Of a DNA stretch of 64,000 nucleotides, positions 10,752-19,221 are shown piece after piece. This DNA is from Nitrososphaera sp. GTDB taxonomy: Archaea; Thermoproteota; Nitrososphaeria; Nitrososphaerales; Nitrososphaeraceae. The position numbers and the translations under genes are program-made. Numbering within the stretch: position 1 is the stretch's first letter; the number at the start of each line of letters is the position of its first letter. The DNA lies in contig JAHEZV010000002.1 in the NCBI GenBank assembly GCA_023250885.1, positions 671-64,670 of the forward strand, given 5' to 3'. The notes beneath the pieces are model-generated. The model made no database searches. It saw nothing but the letters and a program-made list of their open reading frames with translations, and was not told the DNA's origin.

Positions 10752-11252
10752 ATGTCGCGGCTTTTGGCAGGTTCTGGCTGCCGGAGATTGCTGGCCGCCG
10801 ACGGGATCACCACGCCGGAGCTGGGCATAAATGGCATGCAGGGCATCTTTGAAGCGGCATCTGTGGACGCCCGGACAGCCAGAAAAAGCGTGCCTGCAGT
10901 GGGACAAGCGGCAAGCATTGCCAAGAATCTTGATGAATACCAATTCCTCATATGTTCTCTTGTCCCTTCACTTCCAGACTCTGACCCATCCAAGCTGCAG
11001 CTGCAAAAATATCGTGTGGCCATAGTCGCGGCGTTTGCACGGCTCGCTGCAAACTTGAAAGAGATCCGCCCAGGTGACCTTGCACAGTGGAACAGGCACG
11101 CCCGATCGCTCCTGGAAGAAACATCTGAAGCGTACGTAAAGGCAAAGTCAAATGCCAAACTGCAGGTTGCAAGCCACAGGGAAGCGTTCGAGTTTTTTGG
11201 CGTGCCGGAAGACAGGATTGACGCGGCGCTCAGGGCTTTTTACGGCCAATAG
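10752..11252 (+). CDS. Hypothetical protein
   Basis: ORF 10722..11252. Start is uncertain (GTG 10722, ATG 10752 or ATG 10836). Helical, protein-like sequence with no motif recognised. Confidence 0.4.
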   Translation: MSRLLAGSGCRRLLAADGITTPELGINGMQGIFEAASVDARTARKSVPAVGQAASIAKNLDEYQFLICSLVPSLPDSDPSKLQLQKYRVAIVAAFARLAANLKEIRPGDLAQWNRHARSLLEETSEAYVKAKSNAKLQVASHREAFEFFGVPEDRIDAALRAFYGQ

Positions 11253-11685
11253 TCAAGGCATAAATGGGCAGGTTTTTGCGTAATAGCCGCGGTCGTTGCC
11301 GTCGCGCTGATAGAGCCGCAGTATCACATCAACGTGGGTCACGTTGCTAGGCTGATGAAGAATTTCGGCCTCAAGAGGCTCTATTTTATTAAGCCGCGTT
11401 TTGACAGGGCGGAGGCAGTGAAATATTCAACGCATGGCAAGAATGTGCTTGCAGCTGCAAAAACCACGACCCTGAAGCAGCTGAGGAAGAAATCTGGCGT
11501 CTTCATCGGGACGACTGCAATCCGGGCGACGAGCAGGCTGAATGTCTTGCGGGAGGCAATAAGCGCAGAGCAGATGGCGCGGATAGTCCACGACGGAGAT
11601 GGCAAGGACTTTTGCATCATGCTTGGCAGGGAGTCGTCCGGGCTCAATAACGAGGCGCTTGCCATGTGCGATCTTGTAGTCATTG

Positions 11686-11713
11686 TTGACACAAAGACAT
11701 TGACACAAAGACA
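11686..11713. repeat. Perfect tandem duplication of the 14-nt unit ttgacacaaagaca
   Basis: Read directly: copy 1 is 11686-11699 and copy 2 is 11700-11713. Because 14 is not a multiple of 3, it shifts the methyltransferase reading frame. Confidence 0.9.
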
Positions 11714-11793
11714 AAGTACAAGACCCTTAACATCCCAACGCGCTTGCAATACTGCTCTATGAAGTTTCAAGACTAAAGTCCGAACTGCCGGTG

Positions 11794-11895
11794 AAAAAGA
11801 GCAAGAAAAAGAGCAAGAAAAAGAGCAAGAAAAAGAGCAAGAAAAAGAGCAAGAAAAAGAGCAAGAAAAAGAGCAAGAAAAAGAGCAAGAAAAAG
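11794..11895. repeat. Perfect 12-nt coding microsatellite (aaaaagagcaag) x8 plus a 6-nt partial copy, encoding (KKSK)8
   Basis: Read directly; no mismatches between copies. Confidence 0.95.
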
Positions 11896-12164
11896 ATCGA
11901 CCTAGCATCGCAGCAGGACATTGATCTCCTGCTACGGCACGTAAGCAAGGTGGCTAACGCCGGAAACTATGACCTGCACAAAAAGCCGCGGGTGGAAGCT
12001 GCGGTCAAAAAGATACTTGCAAAAAGCGTACCTACCGCAAAAGATGTCCTGCTGCTGGTTTCGCTGTTGAGGCGAAGCCTGCTTGCAATTGAAAGGAAAA
12101 GACATACAGGACAGGCTTAATATAGCCAGCGCCGCTTTTGCAGGGCATGCAAGGACTCCAAAAA

Positions 12165-12290
12165 ATGAAATGCGCCTCATGCGGCGTCACGTTCATGTCT
12201 GAAAACGGCTCAAAGAAATGCCCGTCGTGCTCTTCATCTCACGGAGGCGACCACGACATGGGCGGCTGTGGTTGCGGCCATAGTCACTAA
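12165..12290 (+). CDS. 41-aa zinc-ribbon protein with a His/Cys-rich tail
   Basis: Own translation: MKCASCGVTFMSENGSKKCPSCSSSHGGDHDMGGCGCGHSH. ATG start. Followed by an imperfect hairpin and T-rich tract. Below the ORF-track size cutoff. Confidence 0.45.
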   Translation: MKCASCGVTFMSENGSKKCPSCSSSHGGDHDMGGCGCGHSH

Positions 12291-12768
12291 AAAATCTGAT
12301 GAAGATGCATAACTGACCCGCCCAATGCGCGTCATTGCGGGCCAGCGCATCTCTCTTTTTCTTGCGTTTTGTTTCCTCGTTGCTTACATACCACAGCACC
12401 ATGAATGAAAGCCGGCGCACGCATCACCCACAGCTTTTTCGAGATTGCGCGGTTGCAACTAACCGGCAGCGACGCCATCCCATGACGGCTGCTGCCAGTT
12501 CACGCTTTCTTCTGTTAGACAGTTTTATCATTATCCTCTGCTTTTCCGTTGCTTTCTGCGATACCTGCGTACGTCAATCCTGCTCTTGCCTGCCATAGCT
12601 CATCTTTCATTACTGTCTGTAGGCGTCTGTTGCGCCTCGCCTTCGTTTTGCGCAACATCAACTAGGACAAATCTTTGAAAAATGGCAGGGTCAACATTTT
12701 GAATGCTATGTGATAGCTTACAACAAAATTGGTAAGATTTATGATGGAATCAAGCCGTGATTACTCAC

Positions 12769-13752
12769 ATGGAGCATTACGAGCTGGCGCCAAACTTGAA
12801 GATCTGCAGGATTCTCAACGGCATGTGGCAGGTCGCTGGCGGCCACGGGCGCATCAACCCGCAGGCAGCACTGGAAGAGATGATCAAATACCACAATGCA
12901 GGCTTTACCACGTGGGACCTTGCAGACATTTACGGACCTGCAGAAGACTTTATCGGAGATTTCAGGCGCAGTCTGCCAGAGCAGGAACGGCAAAATCTCC
13001 AGGCTCTGACGAAATGGGTGCCGGAGCCACAGAGAATTACAAGGCAGATTGCTCAGGCAAGCATTGAAAGGTCGCTCCGCCGGATGAACGTCGGCTCCCT
13101 TGACCTAGTGCAGTTCCACTGGTGGGACTACAACAACCCATACTACATCGACGCTCTGAAGTACCTGTCTGATCTACGTGACGAGGGCAAGATCAAGAAT
13201 ATCGGCCTTACCAATTTCGACACGGAGCGCATGCTGGTAATGAAGGACGCCGGCCTGAAGGTAGTTTCAAACCAGGTGCAATACTCTATAGTTGACCGCA
13301 GGCCGGAGGTAAAGATGGCGCAGTTCTGCCGCGACACTAACGCCAGCCTGCTTGCTTACGGCACGATCTGCGGCGGCTTGTTGTCAGAGCGCTACCTTGA
13401 CAGGCCTGAACCAGATGATCTCGACACGGCTAGCCTGAAAAAGTACAAGCGCATGATAGACAGGTGGGGCGGCTGGCAATTGTTCCAGAAATTGTTGTCA
13501 ACCCTGCATACAGTAGCACAAAAGCATGGCGCAAGCATCGCAAACGTCGCGACGCGCTATATCCTTGAAAAGCCTGCGGTGGCGGGCGTAATAATTGGCG
13601 CACGGCTTGGGATTGCCGACCACAGAGATGACAATGCGCGCGCGTTCAACTTTAGGATGGACAAGGACGACAATAGCAAAATTGAAGACGCGTGCAAGAA
13701 CTCAAACAACCTATTTGAGATGATCGGGGATTGTGGGGATGAGTACAGGTAA
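12769..13752 (+). CDS. Aldo/keto reductase family oxidoreductase
   Basis: ORF 12757..13752 trimmed to ATG 12769. AKR pattern (TWDLADIYGPAE, LDLVQFHWWD, IKNIGLTNF, VSNQVQYS). Confidence 0.85.
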   Translation: MEHYELAPNLKICRILNGMWQVAGGHGRINPQAALEEMIKYHNAGFTTWDLADIYGPAEDFIGDFRRSLPEQERQNLQALTKWVPEPQRITRQIAQASIERSLRRMNVGSLDLVQFHWWDYNNPYYIDALKYLSDLRDEGKIKNIGLTNFDTERMLVMKDAGLKVVSNQVQYSIVDRRPEVKMAQFCRDTNASLLAYGTICGGLLSERYLDRPEPDDLDTASLKKYKRMIDRWGGWQLFQKLLSTLHTVAQKHGASIANVATRYILEKPAVAGVIIGARLGIADHRDDNARAFNFRMDKDDNSKIEDACKNSNNLFEMIGDCGDEYR

Positions 13753-14026
13753 AACAGAACGAGAAAAAGTGTCGACTCTCTGGGATCATCTTCTAGATTC
13801 AGATAAACAGAATAATGAAATAGGGTTCTAATGAAAACTCGCTTTGCAGTTTTGTTATCCATATTTTCAGCAGTAGTTCGCATGCGGGCTCTTTGGCAAT
13901 ATCTTATGCGCAGACTAGAGGTATCTCATAAATGGCAGTACCCATGTCGAAATCAGCCTTTATTCGCATTCTAGTCGACATGTTCCATTGAGACAAGCTT
14001 TCTGATGATAAATCCAGAATACCACC

Positions 14027-14300
14027 ATGGATTTGACAGACGAACAATGGTCCATTATCCAGCAACTTATCCCAGACCCGCCAGCGTGCTGACGGCAAAG
14101 GTACACCCTAGCGGGATGGTCGTGATGTTATGGATGTCATTTTATGGGTACTTCGTACTGGAGCACACTGGCATGACATGACAGAGCGTTATCCACCGTA
14201 CCAGACATGTCACCGGAGGTTGCAGCAATGGTTCCGCTCTGGTATCGTTGAGCAGGTTCTCCAGGCACTGGCCACTACTGCGTCAACTTCTGGCAGCTAA
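14027..14300 (+). mobile_element. Remnant of an IS5-family transposase N-terminal (DUF4096-like) region; frameshifted and with an in-frame TAG
   Basis: MDLTDEQWSIIQQLIPDPPA, then a +1 shift, then RADGKGTP*RDGRDVMDVILWVLRTGAHWHDMTERYPPYQTCHRRLQQWFRSGIVEQVLQALA. The DDE catalytic part is absent. No terminal inverted repeats were identified. Confidence 0.65.
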
Positions 14301-14759
14301 TTACAGAAACGGGAGCCTTTGCTTAACACATATCCTCTTCTTTCTATTTTTCTTCCATCTAGAAGTACTCGTCATCACACTCTGCTTGATCTCTGAGGTC
14401 GTCAAGCTCGTCAAGCCAAACTCCCTCGGACTGATGAAGGACTATAGTGTGGACAAGCGCATGATAAATTCCCTTCACAAGACGCTCTTCCTGCCAAGCA
14501 TTGATTCAACAGATCAGATTGAAAGAAAGAGCGCAGTAGAATATACGATTGAAACACTCGACTACATGGCAGCTGCTGGCATTTCCCGAATGGGCTTGCA
14601 CAGTTTCAGCGATCTGCCAGCTTTCTTTTGTTCGAAGGCAGAACGCACCAATCAAGTATGATATCTCGCAGGCTCTAACGCGGTGAAAATCTATGGAATT
14701 TTAGCTCCTGCACCGAAGGCTTACCGTGAAACAAGAAAAAGGAACTGCAGGAGAACTTC

Positions 14760-15201
14760 ATGCATTCACTCGCAGAAATTGCAAAGCATGCCGCGGAAAA
14801 GAACGTCGATGGCAAGCCAATCAAAATCGTATTTGAGGAACATTATCCAGATGCTATTGATTATGACAGCGTCTCATATGGAAGGGGAAATCTCGCTAAC
14901 GTGACTCGAGGCGTCGATACTGCGCATCAGCTGATAAGAACTGGCCATAACACAGACCTATGAGATATCTAGACCGATCCACTTCCATGCAGTCGATACA
15001 AACGGCCCGATAGACGATCATAGGACGATTTGCAAGGGAAAGGCAAATTTTGAAAATAGTTTGTCCGCCGCCATCGGAAAAAAATTGACAGACACAATAG
15101 TATTGGAAGATGGCACAAGAAAGAGCGTGCTAAAATCCAAGGAAGTGCTGGCCTCCATGATAGGTCGCATTAGCACGACAATCAGTTCGCGCAAAGTCTA
15201 G
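14760..15201 (+). pseudogene. Possible frameshifted gene of unknown function (two abutting ORF pieces)
   Basis: ORF 14760..14963 is followed by an open frame (…ITQTYEISRPIHFHAVDTNGPIDD…SRKV, stop 15199-15201). That frame has no ATG/GTG/TTG start near its 5' end. Weak support. Confidence 0.25.
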
Positions 15202-15212
15202 GATCATATGAC

Positions 15213-15359
15213 CTAACTTTTGCAGCATTCATGCTTGTTTTCACACCTGCAATAGTCCGGCTCTTTTAGACACGATGGGCATATCTGTGTACCACAGCCT
15301 ACGCAGGTATTATCTGACAAATTACAAGCCCAATGTTTGCATTCTTCTGCCAATAACAT
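15213..15359 (-). CDS. 48-aa Cys-rich protein (10 Cys)
   Basis: Own translation: MLLAEECKHWACNLSDNTCVGCGTQICPSCLKEPDYCRCENKHECCKS. ATG start, 47 nt downstream of guaA on the same strand. Confidence 0.4.
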   Translation of the reverse strand: MLLAEECKHWACNLSDNTCVGCGTQICPSCLKEPDYCRCENKHECCKS

Positions 15360-15406
15360 AACACCGTGCTACTATGGATTAGAATGTTTTGAGGGGGAGA
15401 CTGTTT

Positions 15407-16939
15407 TTACTGAGGCTCTATAGTTGCGGGCGGCTTGCTTGAAATAGCGTACGTGACCCAGGTCGCACCTTCTACCTCATTTGTTATCCGGTTGCTTATC
15501 CTTTCAACCAGCTCGTAGGGTAGGCGCGACCAGTCCGCAGTCATTGCGTCCATAGACTCGACAACCCTTACCATGACGACGCGTCCGTAAACGCGCTCGT
15601 CGCCCAGCACCCCGACAGCCCTGTCGTCGCCCACTGCGGCATAGGCTTGCCACACTTTGTCGTACCAGCCCGCATTTTTCAGTTCGTCCTCCACTATCTT
15701 GCTTGCATGCTTACAGATCCTGATCTTTTCCGGCGTAACACCGCCAATTATCCTGACAGCCAATCCTGGCCCGGGGAACGGGTGCCTCTTTAGCAATTCA
15801 TCCGGCACCCCAAGTAGCCTGGCCGCCCTCCTCACTTCATCTTTATACAGATAGCGCAACGGCTCGATCACCTTGAGGTTGAGCCACTTTGGCAGCCCGC
15901 CAACGTTGTGATGCGTCTTGATAACCGCCGCCGGCCCCTTGGAAACGCCGCTTTCAATGACGTCTGGATACAATGTGCCCTGCGCAAGCCACTGGAAGGG
16001 CCCATTTTTTTTTACGACATCGACGAAAACATTGGCAAACTCTTCTCCAATTATCTTGCGTTTCTTCTCTGGATCTGTTACGCCTTTTAGCTTGCCAAGA
16101 AACTGCTTTTCTGCGTTGACATAGATAATGTCGATATCCATCTGATCTTTGAAGAGCTTGACCACGTCTTTTTCCTCGTCCTGCCGCAATAATCCGTGGT
16201 TGATAAACACACAACGCAGTTGATCACCTATCGCCTTGTGCATCAGTGCCGCTACTGTAGTCGAGTCAACGCCGCCGCTCACCGCTGCCAGTACTTTCTC
16301 CTTGTCTACCTGCTTGCGTATGTCCTTGATGGTTGAGTCAATAAAGCTCTCCATGTCCCACTTGGGCTTGGCTCCGCTTATCTCCTGAGCAAAGTTCATC
16401 AGGATTTGCACTCCACGCTCGGTGTGGACTACTTCGGGGTGGAACTGGATCCCGTAGAACTGCTTGTCCTTGTTGCCGATCGCAGCCGAATGCGAGTTCT
16501 CGGTGTGAGCGAGCACCTCGAAACCTTCTGGCAGCTTTTCTACCGCGTCGCCGTGGCTCATCCAGCAGTTGATGCCCTGGCCCAGGTTTTTGAACAGGTC
16601 TGCCTTGTCGTCAATGACAAGCCCGGCCCTGCCATACTCGCGGCTATTGGCCTTCTTTACCTTGCCCCCGAAATTGTCTACCAGCACCTGGTGGCCGTAG
16701 CAAATGCCAAGAATGGGCTTGCCCATCTGGAATATCTGCTTGTCAGGTTTGGGTGCGTCCTTTGCGTAGACGCTTGCTGGGCCGCCGGAAAATATTATCC
16801 CTTTTGGGTTTATTTCCTTGATTACGTTGGCCGGAGTATTGTAGGGCAGCAGCTCGCAATACACATTGGCTTCGCGGATCCGTCTGCAAATAAGGTGGCT
16901 GTATTGCGAGCCAAAATCCAGAACCACGATCTTATCCAT
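15407..16939 (-). CDS. guaA: GMP synthase (glutamine-hydrolysing), fused GATase and ATP-pyrophosphatase domains
   Basis: 510 aa. Contains GICYGHQ, the SGGVDSTT P-loop, and a C-terminal ...KPPATIEPQ-type end. Confidence 0.95.
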   Translation of the reverse strand: MDKIVVLDFGSQYSHLICRRIREANVYCELLPYNTPANVIKEINPKGIIFSGGPASVYAKDAPKPDKQIFQMGKPILGICYGHQVLVDNFGGKVKKANSREYGRAGLVIDDKADLFKNLGQGINCWMSHGDAVEKLPEGFEVLAHTENSHSAAIGNKDKQFYGIQFHPEVVHTERGVQILMNFAQEISGAKPKWDMESFIDSTIKDIRKQVDKEKVLAAVSGGVDSTTVAALMHKAIGDQLRCVFINHGLLRQDEEKDVVKLFKDQMDIDIIYVNAEKQFLGKLKGVTDPEKKRKIIGEEFANVFVDVVKKNGPFQWLAQGTLYPDVIESGVSKGPAAVIKTHHNVGGLPKWLNLKVIEPLRYLYKDEVRRAARLLGVPDELLKRHPFPGPGLAVRIIGGVTPEKIRICKHASKIVEDELKNAGWYDKVWQAYAAVGDDRAVGVLGDERVYGRVVMVRVVESMDAMTADWSRLPYELVERISNRITNEVEGATWVTYAISSKPPATIEPQ

Positions 16940-16943
16940 CTGC

Positions 16944-17558
16944 CTATCCGCTCTTTTCCAACATCCTTGTGAACACCCAAGACGAAGTATTGAATATCTC
17001 TTGCAGGCGATCCTTGTCTCGGTAGTTGTTTATTACAATGCGTCTGATTGTGCCATTTTCATCTTCCACATTGTAATTTAGCGCTTCAGGCTCCTTTATT
17101 CCATGGCTAGCGTCCTTGTTCTTCATTCCATCAAGTATCCTATTCAAAAAGAAGGACTTGAAGGGAGGCGTATTCACATTGAGGTTGATACCGGGCGCCG
17201 GCACAATGACGACTACACTCGGTGACATCTCTGCATTGGCAAGCCAGAAATCATCCTTGGCGCGCTTGAGAGGCCTAATGTCTCTGTAGTCAGACGAATT
17301 TAGTGTAGGAGTTGGCTGTTGCGTGGCTGGCGCAGATGGCGATTGCTGGGTTGCCTGCACCTGGGCAGTGGCCGTTCCTGCCGTAGCAAAGCTAATGCTC
17401 GCTGCCGCTTTAAAGCTACCATGCTTTAACAGATTGTCAATAATCGACAGGATCGTGCGTAATCGATCGACCTCTTCCTGCTTGTCTGATATTGACTTTA
17501 TCAGCCACTCGCGTATATCGGCGGCGCACCTAATGTCGTCTTCGGAATAGCCTGACAT
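16944..17558 (-). CDS. Hypothetical protein with a Q/T/P-rich linker
   Basis: 204-aa ORF ending 5 nt upstream of guaA on the same strand. No motif recognised. Confidence 0.6.
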   Translation of the reverse strand: MSGYSEDDIRCAADIREWLIKSISDKQEEVDRLRTILSIIDNLLKHGSFKAAASISFATAGTATAQVQATQQSPSAPATQQPTPTLNSSDYRDIRPLKRAKDDFWLANAEMSPSVVVIVPAPGINLNVNTPPFKSFFLNRILDGMKNKDASHGIKEPEALNYNVEDENGTIRRIVINNYRDKDRLQEIFNTSSWVFTRMLEKSG

Positions 17559-17594
17559 AGCAAGCCATCTAAAACATTGAAGATATAATAGCTT

Positions 17595-17753
17595 TTACCG
17601 GCGCCGGCGCTTATTCAAGCTCATCAATATAATCACTGCGCCGCCCCACCCAACAGCCGCCGGGATATACAGTTGATAGAACCAAGCTACGCCGCCAAGC
17701 ACCGCGATTGCTATGCCCACAATGCCCTTTATCTGCCTGCGCCCAAAATTCAT
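17595..17753 (-). CDS. 52-aa membrane protein with a KRRRR tail
   Basis: Own translation: MNFGRRQIKGIVGIAIAVLGGVAWFYQLYIPAAVGWGGAVIILMSLNKRRRR. Its ATG overlaps the mptE stop (ATGA). Confidence 0.45.
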   Translation of the reverse strand: MNFGRRQIKGIVGIAIAVLGGVAWFYQLYIPAAVGWGGAVIILMSLNKRRRR

Positions 17754-18484
17754 GGCTTGATAGTAAGCGGTGCAAATCCCCTGACGGGCTTTTTGGCCGT
17801 GTCGGCAAGCTGGGAGCGGGACCGCTTGGCAAGCATCCCAAGCAGGCGCCTGCCTGCCTGCATCTTTTGCTTCTTCAGTTCGACGTCCTTGACCTTTTTC
17901 TTTGAATACTTGCCGATGCTGTTCCCAAAGTCCATGCCTACAAGCACTATTTTCTTGGCGCCAAACTCCTCTGCCAGAAACACGCTCCTGTCGCCGTCGG
18001 TGAACCCGCCAAAGTTATGGACATTTTCAACAGGCATCACCTGCGTGGACCCGATCAGCTTTCTGAATTTCGGGACAAGCTTTTTCAGCATGGTAGTATT
18101 GTCGCCGTGTGCATGCACTACCATTATAGCGCCGCCCTTTTCTGCCTTTTGCAAAAACGCCGGATCGCCGTCGAGGTCGGTCACGACAATGTCCGGTTTT
18201 ATCTTGTTTTCAATCAAAAACTGCACGGCGCCGTCAGCAGCTATCTTGACAAACTTCTTGTTCTTCTTGGCGTATTTCAGCGCCTTTCCGTCCTCCAAGC
18301 TCGGGCCAGCCCCTACCACAATGATGTTCTTGCCCTTGATCTTTTTCTGGAGGACCTTTGGGTCAAGCGCCTTCTTCTTTATCATCTCTGACAGAATTTT
18401 TGCAGCCTCCTGATCCTTTTCAGAGCTGTACCCAAATTCTGCGCGGATTCCCTGATAGTATGGGAACCATTCGGCGAACTTCAC
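17750..18484 (-). CDS. mptE: Archaeal 6-hydroxymethyl-7,8-dihydropterin pyrophosphokinase (MptE/DUF115-like)
   Basis: IVVGAGPSL, AADGAV, PDIVVTDLDGD and VVHAHGDN match the MptE pattern. folP lies about 5.5 kb away. Confidence 0.7.
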   Translation of the reverse strand: MKFAEWFPYYQGIRAEFGYSSEKDQEAAKILSEMIKKKALDPKVLQKKIKGKNIIVVGAGPSLEDGKALKYAKKNKKFVKIAADGAVQFLIENKIKPDIVVTDLDGDPAFLQKAEKGGAIMVVHAHGDNTTMLKKLVPKFRKLIGSTQVMPVENVHNFGGFTDGDRSVFLAEEFGAKKIVLVGMDFGNSIGKYSKKKVKDVELKKQKMQAGRRLLGMLAKRSRSQLADTAKKPVRGFAPLTIKP

Positions 18485-18607
18485 AAGAAAATGGTGCGTG
18501 GACGTTGCTATTAATATCTTCTGCCTTGAGGGGGTGGACTATCTTTAATTACGCGGCGTTGGCATATTGAGCATGGGACGGCCCGGCTTGCGACGGAGGG
18601 CTTTTCA

Positions 18608-19177
18608 TTGAAAAAAAGCACCACGCGCCAGCGCATCGAACTTCAGCACAAGGCGCTCCTTTTCATGGCAAGCGTCATCGTGAAAACGTTCCTGATGGCA
18701 ATCGTCTCTACCAACGTCTTTTGCGGGAGCATCGAACCGAGGGTGCTGTTTTTCCAATGCGGCACAAACGTCGGCTTTGTGGGCGGGAGCACGGCGGCAA
18801 TCGCGATCATGGGCGGCCTCTTTGGCTACTACATCATCCGGCTCAAGTCGTTCAACTCGATATTCCCGCAGGTGATGAAGACAGACTTTATCATTACTGC
18901 AATGTACTTTGGAGTCGCCTTTACCGCGCCCTCGCTTGTCGCGAGCAAGGTGATGATATGGCTCTTTGGCATGTGGGTTCTTGGCATGCTCCTCGCGCCC
19001 TTTAACAAAGAGAAAACTGCGCTGAAAAAGGTGACAGAGTACGGCTCGATCGCGGCGTTGGGCGCTCTGCTTGCAGCTCATTTCATCCCAGCATTCCAGG
19101 AATACCAATCGTCATACACACTGGGAATGATGATCAGCAGCGTCATGGGCGTATTTGGGGCTGGCAGGGACAGGTAA
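18608..19177 (+). CDS. Membrane protein, unknown function
   Basis: 189-aa ORF with a TTG start and 5-6 hydrophobic helices. Confidence 0.6.
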   Translation: MKKSTTRQRIELQHKALLFMASVIVKTFLMAIVSTNVFCGSIEPRVLFFQCGTNVGFVGGSTAAIAIMGGLFGYYIIRLKSFNSIFPQVMKTDFIITAMYFGVAFTAPSLVASKVMIWLFGMWVLGMLLAPFNKEKTALKKVTEYGSIAALGALLAAHFIPAFQEYQSSYTLGMMISSVMGVFGAGRDR

Positions 19178-19221
19178 GCGTTAATAACGGTAGACCAGCT
19201 AGACATGACGAAAGCAGAGCG

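Larger units (their letters stand above)
11264..12120 (+). pseudogene. TrmJ-like SPOUT (SpoU/TrmH family) RNA 2'-O-methyltransferase, split over three reading frames
   Basis: Four pieces of one gene can be read:
- N-terminal motif IEPQYHINVGHVARLMKNFG, in frame 0
- knot motif KYKTLNI / NALAILLYEVSRLK, spread over two other frames
- the KKSK repeat
- a TrmJ-type C-terminal domain, in ORF 11791..12120

Lesions are at the T5 run 11273-11277, the 14-nt duplication 11686-11713 and the C-run 11733-11740. Confidence 0.6.

Noticed and set aside
11794-11895. Possible CRISPR array or other repeat-spacer structure.
   Set aside because: The units are 12 nt, contiguous and have no spacers. It is an in-frame coding microsatellite. 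No CRISPR-like repeat was seen anywhere in the window.
11381-11948. Minus-strand ORFs containing (FSCS)n and (FFLL)n repeats.
   Set aside because: They are simply the reverse-complement readings of the (KKSK)n coding microsatellite. The plus-strand reading is continuous with recognisable TrmJ-type sequence.
12303-12326. C/D-box sRNA candidate (CUGAUGA at about 12305-12311 and CUGA at about 12322-12325).
   Set aside because: The boxes are only about 11 nt apart. No second C'/D' pair or terminal stem was found, and the first residue of the C box is C rather than a purine.
14248-14661. 137-aa plus-strand ORF downstream of the IS remnant.
   Set aside because: Its 5' part overlaps the transposase remnant and is low-complexity (FFLFFF). 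No motif was recognised, and the minus strand shows equally protein-like fragments. It is treated as debris rather than a gene.
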